NCBI GenBank assembly: GCA_022750115.1
Contig: JAKIWI010000003.1
Span: 175,948 to 239,947, forward strand
Reading direction: 5' to 3'
Origin: Thermoplasmata archaeon
Lineage (GTDB): Archaea; Thermoplasmatota; Thermoplasmata; Lutacidiplasmatales; UBA184
Length of the DNA stretch: 64,000 nt
Shown here: one piece after another, positions 17,204 through 26,342 of the stretch
Layout of the letters: every line of letters starts with the position of its first letter
How positions within the stretch are numbered: the stretch's first letter is position 1
The notes under the pieces: generated by a model
What the model was told of the DNA's origin: nothing
The model's input: only the letters and a program-made list of their open reading frames with translations
Databases searched by the model: none
Program-made: the position numbers and the translations under genes

Positions 17204-18280
17204 ATGCCGGGCCCGGTCCCGTTCGCGCGCCTCGTCGGCCCGAACGGCGCCCCCGTCGTCCTGTACGAGGCCGACTCGGTCCGGACGCTCCCGAAGCTCC
17301 TCGCGAAGGGATCGGTCGACTGCGTCGTCACCTCACCTCCGTACAACCGCAAGGTCGCCTACGGGAGCTACGACGACGACCGGCCGCGGGCCGAGTACCT
17401 CCGGTGGATCGGCACAGCCGCCGACTCGGTGCGGCGGGTCCTATCGCCCGCCGGGTCGTTCTTCCTCAACGTCGGCGGCTCTCCCACCGACCCGTGGCTC
17501 CCCTGGGATGTCGCCCGCGAGGTCGGCCGGCGCTTCGCGCTCCAGAACGTCGTGCACTGGGTGAAATCAATCGCCATCGACCGGGAGCTCGCGGGGAAGG
17601 ACGCCGGGCTCACGCGCGATCTTGCGGTCGGGCACTACAAGCCGCTCAACTCGAAGCGCTACCTGCACTCGGGCCACGAGTACGTCTTTCACTTCACCCA
17701 CCGCGGCGACGTCGAGCTCGACCGGCTCGCCGTCGGCGTCGCCTATCAGGACCCCTCGAACGTGGACCGGTGGCGCTCGAGCGGGTCGAACCGTCGCTGC
17801 CGGGGCAACACATGGTTCCTCCCGTACCGGACGATCCGCTTCCGCTCGAAGGACCGCCCGCATCCGGCGGCGTTCCCCGTCGAGTTGCCCGAGCGTTGCT
17901 TCCGATTGCACGGCGTCGGGCGCCTGCGCCTCGCCGTCGACCCGTTCGTCGGGATCGGCTCCTCCGCCGTCGCCGCGGTGCGGCTCGGGATCCCGTTCGT
18001 CGGCTTCGACGTCGACCCCGAGTACCTCGCCACAGCGGAGACCGCTCTGCGGGCGGCCGGCGCCATTGTCCCGCCGCCGACCCCTTCGACCGTCGGCGAA
18101 CGCCGCCGAAACCCGAGCCTTAAGTACGCCGGACCCGAGTTTCCCCTTGGAGCGACGTCGTCCGGATGGCAAGCCCCGCGCGAACCCGGCCGGGCCCGGA
18201 CTCCACCGGCCGCCAGCCGTCGTCCCCGGCCGAACGGGAAGCGCTCGACTACCTTGGCCGCGAGATCCGGCCAGTTCTGA
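17204..18280 (+). CDS. DNA methyltransferase, beta-class amino-MTase (N4-cytosine or N6-adenine), apparently orphan
   Basis: Motif IV SPPY (VVTSPPYN) precedes motif I FxGxG (DPFVGIGSS) = circularly permuted beta architecture; catalytic fold ends ~18080, remainder of ORF is low-complexity read-through. Confidence 0.75.
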   Translation: MPGPVPFARLVGPNGAPVVLYEADSVRTLPKLLAKGSVDCVVTSPPYNRKVAYGSYDDDRPRAEYLRWIGTAADSVRRVLSPAGSFFLNVGGSPTDPWLPWDVAREVGRRFALQNVVHWVKSIAIDRELAGKDAGLTRDLAVGHYKPLNSKRYLHSGHEYVFHFTHRGDVELDRLAVGVAYQDPSNVDRWRSSGSNRRCRGNTWFLPYRTIRFRSKDRPHPAAFPVELPERCFRLHGVGRLRLAVDPFVGIGSSAVAAVRLGIPFVGFDVDPEYLATAETALRAAGAIVPPPTPSTVGERRRNPSLKYAGPEFPLGATSSGWQAPREPGRARTPPAASRRPRPNGKRSTTLAARSGQF

Positions 18281-18564
18281 GCCGGGGCGAGCACCGCGTG
18301 CTCGCGCGCGCCGTCACGACGGCGGTGACCTCGGGCTCGGTCAGCGACCTGGCACGATTGGGGGAGCGGCAGCGGCGCGAACTCCTCGATACGATCGAAC
18401 AGCGTCTGTCCCGGGGTCGGCCGGCCCCAACCGCCCGAGCCCTCGTTCGGCTCACGTCAGTCATTTCGGCCGCCCCGAACCCCGACGGTCCTCGCATGCG
18501 CGTCGTCGCGTCGCCCGCTCGGTAGTCCCGGGTTCGCCCCCAAGGGGCTCCGTCCCCGACCTGC

Positions 18565-18848
18565 GTTCGCTCGACGGCGATCGTGTTCGTCTTCGCCGCC
18601 TCGTGCCGGAGCGCGAGGACCGGGGTGCACGGGAGCGAGCCGTACTATGCCCGCACGGCGTCCATCGTCGGAAACTCGAGCCGGACCACGCGCGACGGGT
18701 TCCAACCCCCGTCGAGGACGACCGGCGGACCTTGGACGGCGAGCGTTTTCCCGCCGAACTTCTCCCGCGCCGGGCCGAACAGCGTCCGGTCTTCGTTCGC
18801 CTTCTTCTCGTCGTGCCGGTCGATCTCGGTGATCACATAGGCGGGCAA
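18565..18848 (-). pseudogene. DUF1330-family gene interrupted by in-frame TAG at conserved Trp codon
   Basis: MPAYVITEIDRHDEKK...RLEFPTMDAVRA-TAG-YGSLPCTPVLALRHEAAKTNTIAVE: similarity to DUF1330 C-terminus (AWY.S.EY..AR.LR..A......VE) continues past the stop at 18645-18647. Confidence 0.5.
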
Positions 18849-19134
18849 TCCGGGGGCCTAGACTCCCGCGGCGCTACGCCGCGATTGCATTCGAGCGGAG
18901 CGGCGGCCGTCCGAAGTATCCGGTCCTTCCTAGACCGCTCTTGGGGGCCTTCAAACCGAACTCCGGCGACGATGGGCCGCCGGTCGGGTCGAGGATCGCG
19001 CCGAGCCGGATTCTTGACGAGTGGGGGGGGCATCAGTTCGCCGGCCGAACGGGCGGCGAGGGGATTCGCGACGTCACCCCACGACGGACTCGCGCGGAGG
19101 AACGACTTTCCCCTCAGTGACCGCTGGCCCGCCG

Positions 19135-19554
19135 ATGCGCCCAGTTCGATTGGCCCTGATCTCGGTTCTGGTCGCCGGCCTCGTGGTCGTGGCGGTTACC
19201 ACGGCCGCGCTCTGGCCGAAACCCGTCAGCTGCGGATCTGGTGGTGGGGCTCAATCGAACGGCGGTCCCCTGCCGGGTGGCGGAAGCTGGGCGAACGCGA
19301 GTGTGGCGACCGTCATGTTTCCGGGAGGAGCCCACGTCTCCTTCAACTGGTCGACCCCGGACGGGTCGGTCGCGACGTTCCGGGTGGTTTCCCCCGCGGG
19401 CGCTCAACTGTACGGCGTGACCGCGGCGAGTGGCTCGGGGACGTTCACCGCCGGCTCCTCCACTGGATCTGATGGGGGCTACGGGTTTGGAATTGGGTTG
19501 ACCCCAGCGAATGAGACCGTCGACTACGAGTATGCCTGCACCACGCTCAAATGA
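19135..19554 (+). CDS. small secreted/anchored Gly/Ser-rich hypothetical protein
   Basis: MRPVRLALISVLVAGLVVVAVTTAALW signal/anchor; NAS, NWS, NET sequons; stop overlaps start of next gene (ATGA). Confidence 0.45.
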   Translation: MRPVRLALISVLVAGLVVVAVTTAALWPKPVSCGSGGGAQSNGGPLPGGGSWANASVATVMFPGGAHVSFNWSTPDGSVATFRVVSPAGAQLYGVTAASGSGTFTAGSSTGSDGGYGFGIGLTPANETVDYEYACTTLK

Positions 19555-21011
19555 CCGACATGACCCCCGCCGGAGCCGACGCCGGTTCGTCGGCGCGGGA
19601 GGCTCGGGAGGCAGCGCCGGCAGCTCGGGAATCCGAGCCGGACCGAGACTCGGCATTCCGCCAACTGGAGGCGAATGAGCGCGACCTCCATTCTGCGCTC
19701 CTCGGGATTCTAGCGTTTGTCGTCGTCTATGCGTCGCTCGCGATGCTCGAGTGGATCGCGTGGGCGTGGGGAACGGGACTGTACGCCCTCCAATCCGAGC
19801 TGCCATTCCTGGTCTTCTTCGAGCTGGCGATCGTCTGCCTCGTCGTCGCCGGACTTTCGATGAGCCACCGACGTCGCCTCGAGTTGGAGCATATTCGCCG
19901 GCAGCTTCTGCATGGCCAGGAGGGGGGTCGGGGTTTCCACTCCCCTCTGGCGCACGCGGAGATGAACGCCGGCGTACTCCGCGGCCTCTCGCGCCAAGTG
20001 GACTCGCTCCTGCTCTGGCTGCCGTTTGCCATCGTCATGACCGTATGGATTGGACTGATCCTGTTGGGGAACCTGCTGGCCAGAGCGACGAACTCGACAC
20101 CGCTGGACCGGACGCTGGGCTTGGCCATCATCCTCATTGGGGTCCCACTCGCGGTAGCGATCTTCGGAGTGGGAGTTCTACTCGCAATCCGCAACTCGAC
20201 CCGGCGCCAAGTCCGCCTCTCGCGAGTTTCCCTCGAGTGGTGGAACGCGGAACCTCCAACCCCCGGAACCGGACCGGCCACCCAGGGCTCTGAAGTCCCG
20301 GGTGGCTCCACTCACCTGATTCCCATCCACCCATCCTTCGCCGTCGCGAGACTTCGGCGGCGTCGGAGTGAGGAGCGGCGGGCCGTCCTCGTAACCGCGG
20401 GGGGGGCCCTCCTCGCGATGGCCGCATTGGCTGGCGTCGCGGCTGGCTTGAGCTCCTACATCGCCGGCCCCCGCGACTGCTGCTGGGGTCTGTATGCTCC
20501 ATTCACGGGGGTCGTTTTCGGAATCCTGCTGGCGGGCTTCCTACCGCCTGCCTACGTGGGGATCCTCGTCCTCCGCCGAGCTTCGGACCCTCGTTCGACC
20601 GGCGGCGGGCGGGACGAAGTCGGATTGGCCGGCAACCGGATCTCAGACACCATCGCCTGGTTCGTCCAAGCGGAAACCCTCCGAGGTGGGCTCCGCGAGG
20701 ACGCACGAGACGCACTCTGGCTGGCCTGGTTCGCGACGGCGTGGTCGATCGGCGGTCTGTTCCTTCTTTGGACCTTCGGCATTCAGCCGGTCCGGATTTT
20801 TCCCGAGGGGGTCCCTGGTCTCGAAACGGGCCCGTTGGCTGCACTCGTCATCGGGGAGTCCGTCGTCGCTCTGGTGCCACTCGCCCTCGCAGCGTTCGCC
20901 ACAGCGCTGTGGATGCGCCGACGTCGGGATGATCTGGCCTCCGAGGACGAGTCCCGGTCCGTGCTCCAGGCATACGCCGCCCTCGAGCAGGGCTTTTGGG
21001 AACGGTTCTAA
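19551..21011 (+). CDS. polytopic hypothetical membrane protein
   Basis: 486 aa with ≥8 hydrophobic helices; translationally coupled to upstream small gene. Confidence 0.5.
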   Translation: MTDMTPAGADAGSSAREAREAAPAARESEPDRDSAFRQLEANERDLHSALLGILAFVVVYASLAMLEWIAWAWGTGLYALQSELPFLVFFELAIVCLVVAGLSMSHRRRLELEHIRRQLLHGQEGGRGFHSPLAHAEMNAGVLRGLSRQVDSLLLWLPFAIVMTVWIGLILLGNLLARATNSTPLDRTLGLAIILIGVPLAVAIFGVGVLLAIRNSTRRQVRLSRVSLEWWNAEPPTPGTGPATQGSEVPGGSTHLIPIHPSFAVARLRRRRSEERRAVLVTAGGALLAMAALAGVAAGLSSYIAGPRDCCWGLYAPFTGVVFGILLAGFLPPAYVGILVLRRASDPRSTGGGRDEVGLAGNRISDTIAWFVQAETLRGGLREDARDALWLAWFATAWSIGGLFLLWTFGIQPVRIFPEGVPGLETGPLAALVIGESVVALVPLALAAFATALWMRRRRDDLASEDESRSVLQAYAALEQGFWERF

Positions 21012-21020
21012 GGAGCCTGA

Positions 21021-21299
21021 TTGCCGGACCCACTCGAACGTCCAGACCTTTGGGTCGTGGCCCGACTGTTGGAGGCACTCACCGAGGGTGGAAGCCGGAT
21101 GAAGCGCACGCCGCTCCAGATGGCGACGGGCGTCAACTACACGGTCTTCAGCCGCTACCTTTCCTGGATGGCGCTTCGGGGCCTCGTGGATGTATCCTCA
21201 GAACCCGACGGCGCATCGTGGGTGACCCTCACCCCGAGAGGTGCGGCGGCGTATCGCTACCTCCGCGAGGGCATCGACAGGCTCGTCGGCGCAACGTGA
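21021..21299 (+). CDS. small winged-helix DNA-binding protein (putative transcription regulator)
   Basis: 92 aa; MKRTPLQMATGVNYTVFSRYLSWMALRGLV helix-turn-helix followed by wing; 9 bp after membrane-protein stop. Confidence 0.5.
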   Translation: MPDPLERPDLWVVARLLEALTEGGSRMKRTPLQMATGVNYTVFSRYLSWMALRGLVDVSSEPDGASWVTLTPRGAAAYRYLREGIDRLVGAT

Positions 21300-21354
21300 C
21301 ACAACCGCGTATCCTGTTGCCGGCCCGCTCGTCGGGGTAGAACCGGCCCGTCGC

Positions 21355-22638
21355 CTACGACCGTTCGAGCGTCGCCGTGAGGCAGTGGGCCCCGCCATAC
21401 GCTCCCGTGAGGTTCTCGAGGGGAACCTGCGTCGAGTCGACCGCGAGGTCCCGGAACTCGGGCTTGTTCGGGAAAAAGCTCCCTTCGGCCCTGAGCTGAG
21501 AGAACTCCCGGGCCGCTCGCAGGTAGAGGCGGCCGTAGCGCGCCGGCTGGCGCTCCGCCGCCCTCCGGAGGTTCGCAAGGACCCGCTCGGCGTTCCGCCC
21601 CACGTCGGGCACGACGATGGTGCGGTCCTTCGTGGTCAGGAAGTTCGTGGCGTAGCACAGCTGTTCGAGGGTGGAGATGCCGACGACCCGGAAGCCGTGC
21701 GTCTCCTCCAGGTACGGGAGGAGCCGGGTCTCCCGGGACCTATGGTAGGCGCCCCCCTCGCGGAGGTAGATCTCGACCCGCGCGGCCTCGAGCATCTCGC
21801 GGTGCCCGACGGCGATCCCCTCGCCCGGGAAGTTGAGGTAGGTGTCGAGATGCATGTTCACCATCGGGTCCGGCGTCGGGAGGAGCGGGTGCCGCGGCTG
21901 GTGGACGACGCCGACCTCGGGGAAGCCGAGGCCGTGCTCGAGCACCTCGCGAACTCCGGTGGCGTTCGTGCGGTCGCCCGTTCCGAGGAGCGCGAACTCC
22001 CCCGCCGGTAGGAAGTCGCCCCCCTCGAACGTCCCCTTCACGACCTGGGCGACCGGCCGCTCGCCGGCGGCCCGCCACACGAAGGAGGTGATCTCGGTCT
22101 CCCCGCGCCGCTGGGGCTTGGCGAGCCGCCCGATCACGATCCCGCGGTCGGTGACCGCCTGCTGGTCCCGGAGGAAGAACAGGTTGGTGAGCGGCTTTCG
22201 CAACGTCGGGAAGGAGGAGACGGACCGGGTCCCGCGACCCCGCTCGAACCGGATCGTCGGGGAGAGGACGAGGATCTGGACGAGCTGCTCGCGGTCGAGC
22301 AGGCGGACGTTCTCGCGGAACTCCCGCCGCGCGCGGTCGGAGCCGGGGCCGTTGAACCGGACGGTCGCGAGCACCCGGTCGACGAGCTCGCGCGCCACCT
22401 CCGCGCGGCGTCCCGCCGCCTCGAGCAGCAGCTCGTCCGGGTTCAGGACGTGTACGCCGAAGCCGGTCCGGAGCGTGTGGACGAGCTCCTCGTGTTCCCG
22501 GCGGGCCTTTTGCAGGCTGAACACGCGCTCGTAGAGGCTCGTGTACGGCTCGAGAAGCCCGAAGAACGCCTCGAGACCGGGGGGACGCGCTGCCACCCGT
22601 CGGAGCGGGTGCCACTCGGCGAGCGCCCGGGCGGTCAC
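21355..22638 (-). CDS. amidinotransferase-superfamily enzyme, arginine-deiminase-like
   Basis: 427 aa; C-terminal catalytic GGAHCLT cysteine motif typical of arginine deiminase/ amidinotransferase fold; internal His/Asp/Glu spacing consistent. Confidence 0.6.
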   Translation of the reverse strand: MTARALAEWHPLRRVAARPPGLEAFFGLLEPYTSLYERVFSLQKARREHEELVHTLRTGFGVHVLNPDELLLEAAGRRAEVARELVDRVLATVRFNGPGSDRARREFRENVRLLDREQLVQILVLSPTIRFERGRGTRSVSSFPTLRKPLTNLFFLRDQQAVTDRGIVIGRLAKPQRRGETEITSFVWRAAGERPVAQVVKGTFEGGDFLPAGEFALLGTGDRTNATGVREVLEHGLGFPEVGVVHQPRHPLLPTPDPMVNMHLDTYLNFPGEGIAVGHREMLEAARVEIYLREGGAYHRSRETRLLPYLEETHGFRVVGISTLEQLCYATNFLTTKDRTIVVPDVGRNAERVLANLRRAAERQPARYGRLYLRAAREFSQLRAEGSFFPNKPEFRDLAVDSTQVPLENLTGAYGGAHCLTATLERS

Positions 22639-22752
22639 GTCGACCTGAGTCGTATCCGTCCCGGGGGCGCATATAGATGTCCCGGACCGCTCCCCGTCGC
22701 CGAGACGCGGCGGATCGCCCGGGCCGGCCGCGTCCGGGTGCCCGCGGCGCGC

Positions 22753-25722
22753 CTAGGGCTCCGACTCGGGGGATTCGACGATCTCGCCCTCGAGGGCAGC
22801 CGAGGGAGGGCCGCGGCGGGAGCGCAGCACCAGCGCGAGCGCCGCGATCGCGAGGATCCCGACGATCGCGACCACCGCGACCCCCTCCTCCAGGGCCGAG
22901 AGGCCCGCGCTGGGGGGGCCAAAGTTGGTCGGGGGCGCTATGATCGTGAGATTGGCGAACGCCGACATCGTCGTGCCGGCAAACGTGCCGTTCACCTCGA
23001 CCTCGACGACCCCGGCGGTCGAGCCCCCGACGACCGAGACGACGCCCCCGCTGCTGCGGTTCAGCGACCCGAGCGCGGCGGGGGCGAGGGACCATTCGAA
23101 CGACACGCCGGTGAGCGCGTGGCCCGTGGAGTCGGTCGCGCTCGCCGCGAACTGGGCGCTCGCGCCGAAGTCGACGGTCGCGGTCGTCGGGGAGACCGTG
23201 ACCCTGCCGAGCATCACCGGGCCCGTCGTGACGTTCAGCGAGAGCACGGCGCTGGTGACGCGGTTCGCCCCGGCGTCGGAGACCGTGACCGTCACGTCGA
23301 AACTGCCAGCGGCGCTCGGTCGACAGGCGTCCTGGGTCGCGTTCGCGCTCGCGCAACCGGTCGGCAGCCCGTTCCAGACGATTGCGTAGGGGACGACCCC
23401 GCCGGAGATCGTGACCGAAAGTGTCGTGTTCGAGCCCGCGGCCACCGGATTCACGGTCGCTGTCGGGGCGCTCACGAGTAACGGGACCGGCACGCTCACC
23501 GCACCAAGCGCCCACCAGCTCCCCGTGCCGAACCCGCCTCCCTCGCCGGGCGCGTCGAATCCAAACTCGTAGCCGTCGGAGCGGTCATCGACGAACGCGA
23601 CGCCCGCGCCGTTCGTCGGCCCGGGCCCCACGAGCGAGGTTACGTTCGTCCAGACGCCGGATCGGTACGTCCACGTGTCCGCGAGCTCAATCTGGTTGCA
23701 CGATGTGAAGTTCGGGCCGCTGATGCAGTGGTACCCGTAGCCGCCGAACAGGACGTCCGCCCCGAATGCGGGGCTGTAAACCGCCCCCGCCGTAGCGCGG
23801 ATGGGTGGGCTGTGGGCGACGGCATGGAGGCTCCACGCCCCGGCCACCCAGGTCCACGTGTCGTTGCAGAGCCCCCCGATGCTCGACCGGCTGCAGACGC
23901 CGCCGAACAGGACGACGCCGAGGTCGGTGGGGTCGTCCGCCATCGTCGCACCGCTCCGGGTGGAGGGGGAGAAACCCACCGGCGTCGCGTTCGTCCATTT
24001 CCCGGCATGGAACGACCAGGTGGCGTTGAAGTCCGAGATTCGCGCGGCCCCGCCGAAGAGGACAACTTGCTGGCTCGTGGAGTCATAGGCGGCGGACGCG
24101 GAGACGGCCCCCGAGGGTCCTCCCGCGCTCGAGGTGAGGTTCGTCCAGGTCCCGTTCGCCCAGGTCCAGGTGTCGTTGTAGTAGACCACCCCGAGAGGGC
24201 CTCCGACGATCGCCTCCCCGCCCCACAGGACGAGCTCGTGGTCGGCCGGGTCGTCGGTCAGGACCCCGGCCACACGACCCGGGGGACTTCGGGACGGATG
24301 GAGCAGCGTCCACGCTCCGTGCGCGTAACTCCAGGTGTCGTTGAGACCGGAGCCTCCGAACAGGATCACGCCGTCGGTCGCCGTGTCGTACGCCATCATC
24401 GGAGCGAGACGTGGCGTCGGGGAACTGGCGTTCCCGGCGGGCGTCCACGTCCCCGCGACGAGGGTCCAGGTGTCGTTGAACGGGGTCTGGTTGAACTGGT
24501 CGTACCCCCCGAAGAGGAACACACCCCCGATGCCGGGGTCGTCCGCCATCGCCGGGATGACCCGCGAAGAGGGCGCGGTCGCGCCGGTCGCGAGGCGTGC
24601 CCAGGTTCCGTTGTGGAATCGCCAGGTGTCGCGGGGCTCGGCGGGTAGGAGCGTGCCGTTCGGAGGGGGGAGGTACCCGCCGAACACCACCGCGCCGCCG
24701 TCCGTCGAGTCCGTGGTGATCCCCCCATCGATCCGGGGTCCAGGGGTGCCGACCGCGACGGAGGTGAGGTTCGTCCAGCGGTTGCCGGTGAACGTCCAGG
24801 TCTGGTTCGGGTAGGACTGAGCCGCCACTCCGCCGGAGAACAGCACGACGCCGCCGCTGCCCGCGTCGGCGGCCATCAGGGGGTAAGAGCTCGCGGCGGG
24901 GGAGGAGGTCTGGTTGCCCGTGACGTTCGACCAGCGGCCCGCGACGAGCTCCCAGGTCCCGTTCACCGCGGCGTTGGTTCGGTTGAAGCCTCCGAACAGA
25001 ACGGCCGCGGAGTCGTTGGCATCGTAGGCGAAACCCCCGCCGTAGCGGGGAGGCGGAGCCGGGCCGAGGCCCGCTCCGATCTGGGTCCAGGCTCCTCCCC
25101 GGAACGACCAGGAGTCGTTCGCGACCGTGAAGTTCGTCGAGACGAGGACCGCTCCACCGAACAGGACGACCGCGCCGAGAGCGGGGTCGTAGGTCATCGA
25201 ACCGAGCTCCCGGGCCGGGGGCGATGCGGTCAGCGAACTTGTCCGGTTCGTCCACGTTCCGTTCGCGTACGTCCACGTCGAGCCGGGGTCGAACAAGCCC
25301 CCGAAGCTCAGGACGAAGCCATCGACCGGGTCGTAACACATCGAAGGACCGTAGCGGACATCAGTCCGGCCGAGCTGATGCCACCCGCCCAGTACGGACG
25401 GAGCGGCGTTGCCCATCGCGCGGGGGGTCTCGCACGTCAGGGGGTCCCAGCAGCCGATCCGAGCCGGCCAGCCCTCCGGGAGCGGCGCGCGCTGCGCCGG
25501 TCCCCCGCCGTCGGCCAGCGACCGTTGCGCGGCGCCCAGCCGCTCCGCCGCGATCGCGGCCGAATCGGCAGACGGGGACGCGGGTGCGAACGCACCGGCC
25601 GAGGTGGGGACGACGGCGCCGGAACCATGGCTGGCGACGTGGGTCCCTGCGAGCCCGGAAACGAGGAGGAGGAGAAGAACGACGACCGCGAACGGCGCCC
25701 GGAAGGTCGGATGGCCCGGCAC
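22753..25722 (-). CDS. giant surface protein: signal peptide, Kelch-type beta-propeller repeats, PKD/Ig-like domains, C-terminal TM anchor
   Basis: 989 aa; N-term MPGHPTFRAPFAVVVLLLLLVSGLAG signal; recurring VLFGG...W.F....W Kelch blades; GGVVPYAIVW PKD-like block; C-terminal GVAVVAIVGILAIAALALVL anchor; many NxS/T sequons. Confidence 0.7.
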   Translation of the reverse strand: MPGHPTFRAPFAVVVLLLLLVSGLAGTHVASHGSGAVVPTSAGAFAPASPSADSAAIAAERLGAAQRSLADGGGPAQRAPLPEGWPARIGCWDPLTCETPRAMGNAAPSVLGGWHQLGRTDVRYGPSMCYDPVDGFVLSFGGLFDPGSTWTYANGTWTNRTSSLTASPPARELGSMTYDPALGAVVLFGGAVLVSTNFTVANDSWSFRGGAWTQIGAGLGPAPPPRYGGGFAYDANDSAAVLFGGFNRTNAAVNGTWELVAGRWSNVTGNQTSSPAASSYPLMAADAGSGGVVLFSGGVAAQSYPNQTWTFTGNRWTNLTSVAVGTPGPRIDGGITTDSTDGGAVVFGGYLPPPNGTLLPAEPRDTWRFHNGTWARLATGATAPSSRVIPAMADDPGIGGVFLFGGYDQFNQTPFNDTWTLVAGTWTPAGNASSPTPRLAPMMAYDTATDGVILFGGSGLNDTWSYAHGAWTLLHPSRSPPGRVAGVLTDDPADHELVLWGGEAIVGGPLGVVYYNDTWTWANGTWTNLTSSAGGPSGAVSASAAYDSTSQQVVLFGGAARISDFNATWSFHAGKWTNATPVGFSPSTRSGATMADDPTDLGVVLFGGVCSRSSIGGLCNDTWTWVAGAWSLHAVAHSPPIRATAGAVYSPAFGADVLFGGYGYHCISGPNFTSCNQIELADTWTYRSGVWTNVTSLVGPGPTNGAGVAFVDDRSDGYEFGFDAPGEGGGFGTGSWWALGAVSVPVPLLVSAPTATVNPVAAGSNTTLSVTISGGVVPYAIVWNGLPTGCASANATQDACRPSAAGSFDVTVTVSDAGANRVTSAVLSLNVTTGPVMLGRVTVSPTTATVDFGASAQFAASATDSTGHALTGVSFEWSLAPAALGSLNRSSGGVVSVVGGSTAGVVEVEVNGTFAGTTMSAFANLTIIAPPTNFGPPSAGLSALEEGVAVVAIVGILAIAALALVLRSRRGPPSAALEGEIVESPESEP

Positions 25723-25834
25723 GAGAGGGTCGAGTGGCAGGCTCCCCTTTAGGGTTCAGGAGCGGCCCGGTCCGCAGTACAGTGGAAAATGGCGGGTCCG
25801 GTTCCCACCAGGAGGAGGCGGGGCCAGCCGATCC

Positions 25835-26272
25835 TCAGGGAGGGGATTCGGGCTCGTTCCCCGGGGAGTGCCACTGCTTCATCGGAGTGCGGCGGACGCC
25901 GGCGATCCGCGCCGCGGCGTTCTTCGTCCCTTCGACCGCCCGGGCTCCGGCGGATTCGATCGCATCACCCGTGGCGTTCGCGAAACGGCTCGACGCCGAA
26001 CCGATCGCTCCGCCGGCCCTCGAGACGGCCGAGCCGACCTGGTGCGGAAGCGCGTGCAGTTCGTGGTCGATGGACCGGCTGAGCGCGGTGAAGTCGTCTC
26101 GGATGTCCTCCATCGCGTACTTCGCATCCTTCGAGGTGAGCTTCCCGAGCCGGTCGATCTTCTCGTCGATCGTGCTGATCTCGGTCGCGAAATCGCGGCC
26201 GAGGCCCCCGACGGCTCGGCGCATCTCTTTCAGGTGCTCGCGGAACTGGACCTGCTCGTCGGTGTCGGGCAT
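25835..26272 (-). CDS. hypothetical helical protein downstream of the vWA gene in the AAA+/vWA/coiled-coil unit
   Basis: 145-aa ORF in same orientation immediately downstream of vWA gene; helical/coiled-coil-like composition. Confidence 0.4.
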   Translation of the reverse strand: MPDTDEQVQFREHLKEMRRAVGGLGRDFATEISTIDEKIDRLGKLTSKDAKYAMEDIRDDFTALSRSIDHELHALPHQVGSAVSRAGGAIGSASSRFANATGDAIESAGARAVEGTKNAAARIAGVRRTPMKQWHSPGNEPESPP

Positions 26273-26342
26273 CGTCGGAACTCCAAGGATTTTACCCCGA
26301 CCATCGGGTATAACCCTATGTCCCGAGTGGAAGGGGGAGTCG

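Noticed and set aside
14432-17352. Minus-strand ORFs 14432..15331 and 15391..17352
   Set aside because: Antisense to the second platform gene and ATPase 2, with no recognisable domains.
18166-18525. 119-aa plus-strand ORF overlapping the methyltransferase tail
   Set aside because: Overlaps the 3' read-through of the methyltransferase ORF in another frame. No motifs. Not reported as a feature.
18645-18647. In-frame TAG read as a possible recoded (pyrrolysine/Trp) codon
   Set aside because: TAG terminates several neighbouring well-defined genes (13470, 14433, 17158). The expected residue is Trp, not Pyl, and no pyl genes are in the window. A nonsense mutation or sequencing error is more parsimonious.
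17622-19472. 616-aa plus-strand ORF
   Set aside because: Out-of-frame continuation across the methyltransferase tail, the DUF1330 antisense and an intergenic region. Ser/Arg/Pro-rich with no motifs.
21740-23515. 591-aa minus-strand ORF
   Set aside because: Overlaps the arginine-deiminase-like gene and the Kelch gene in wrong frames. Low-complexity Arg/Gly sequence.
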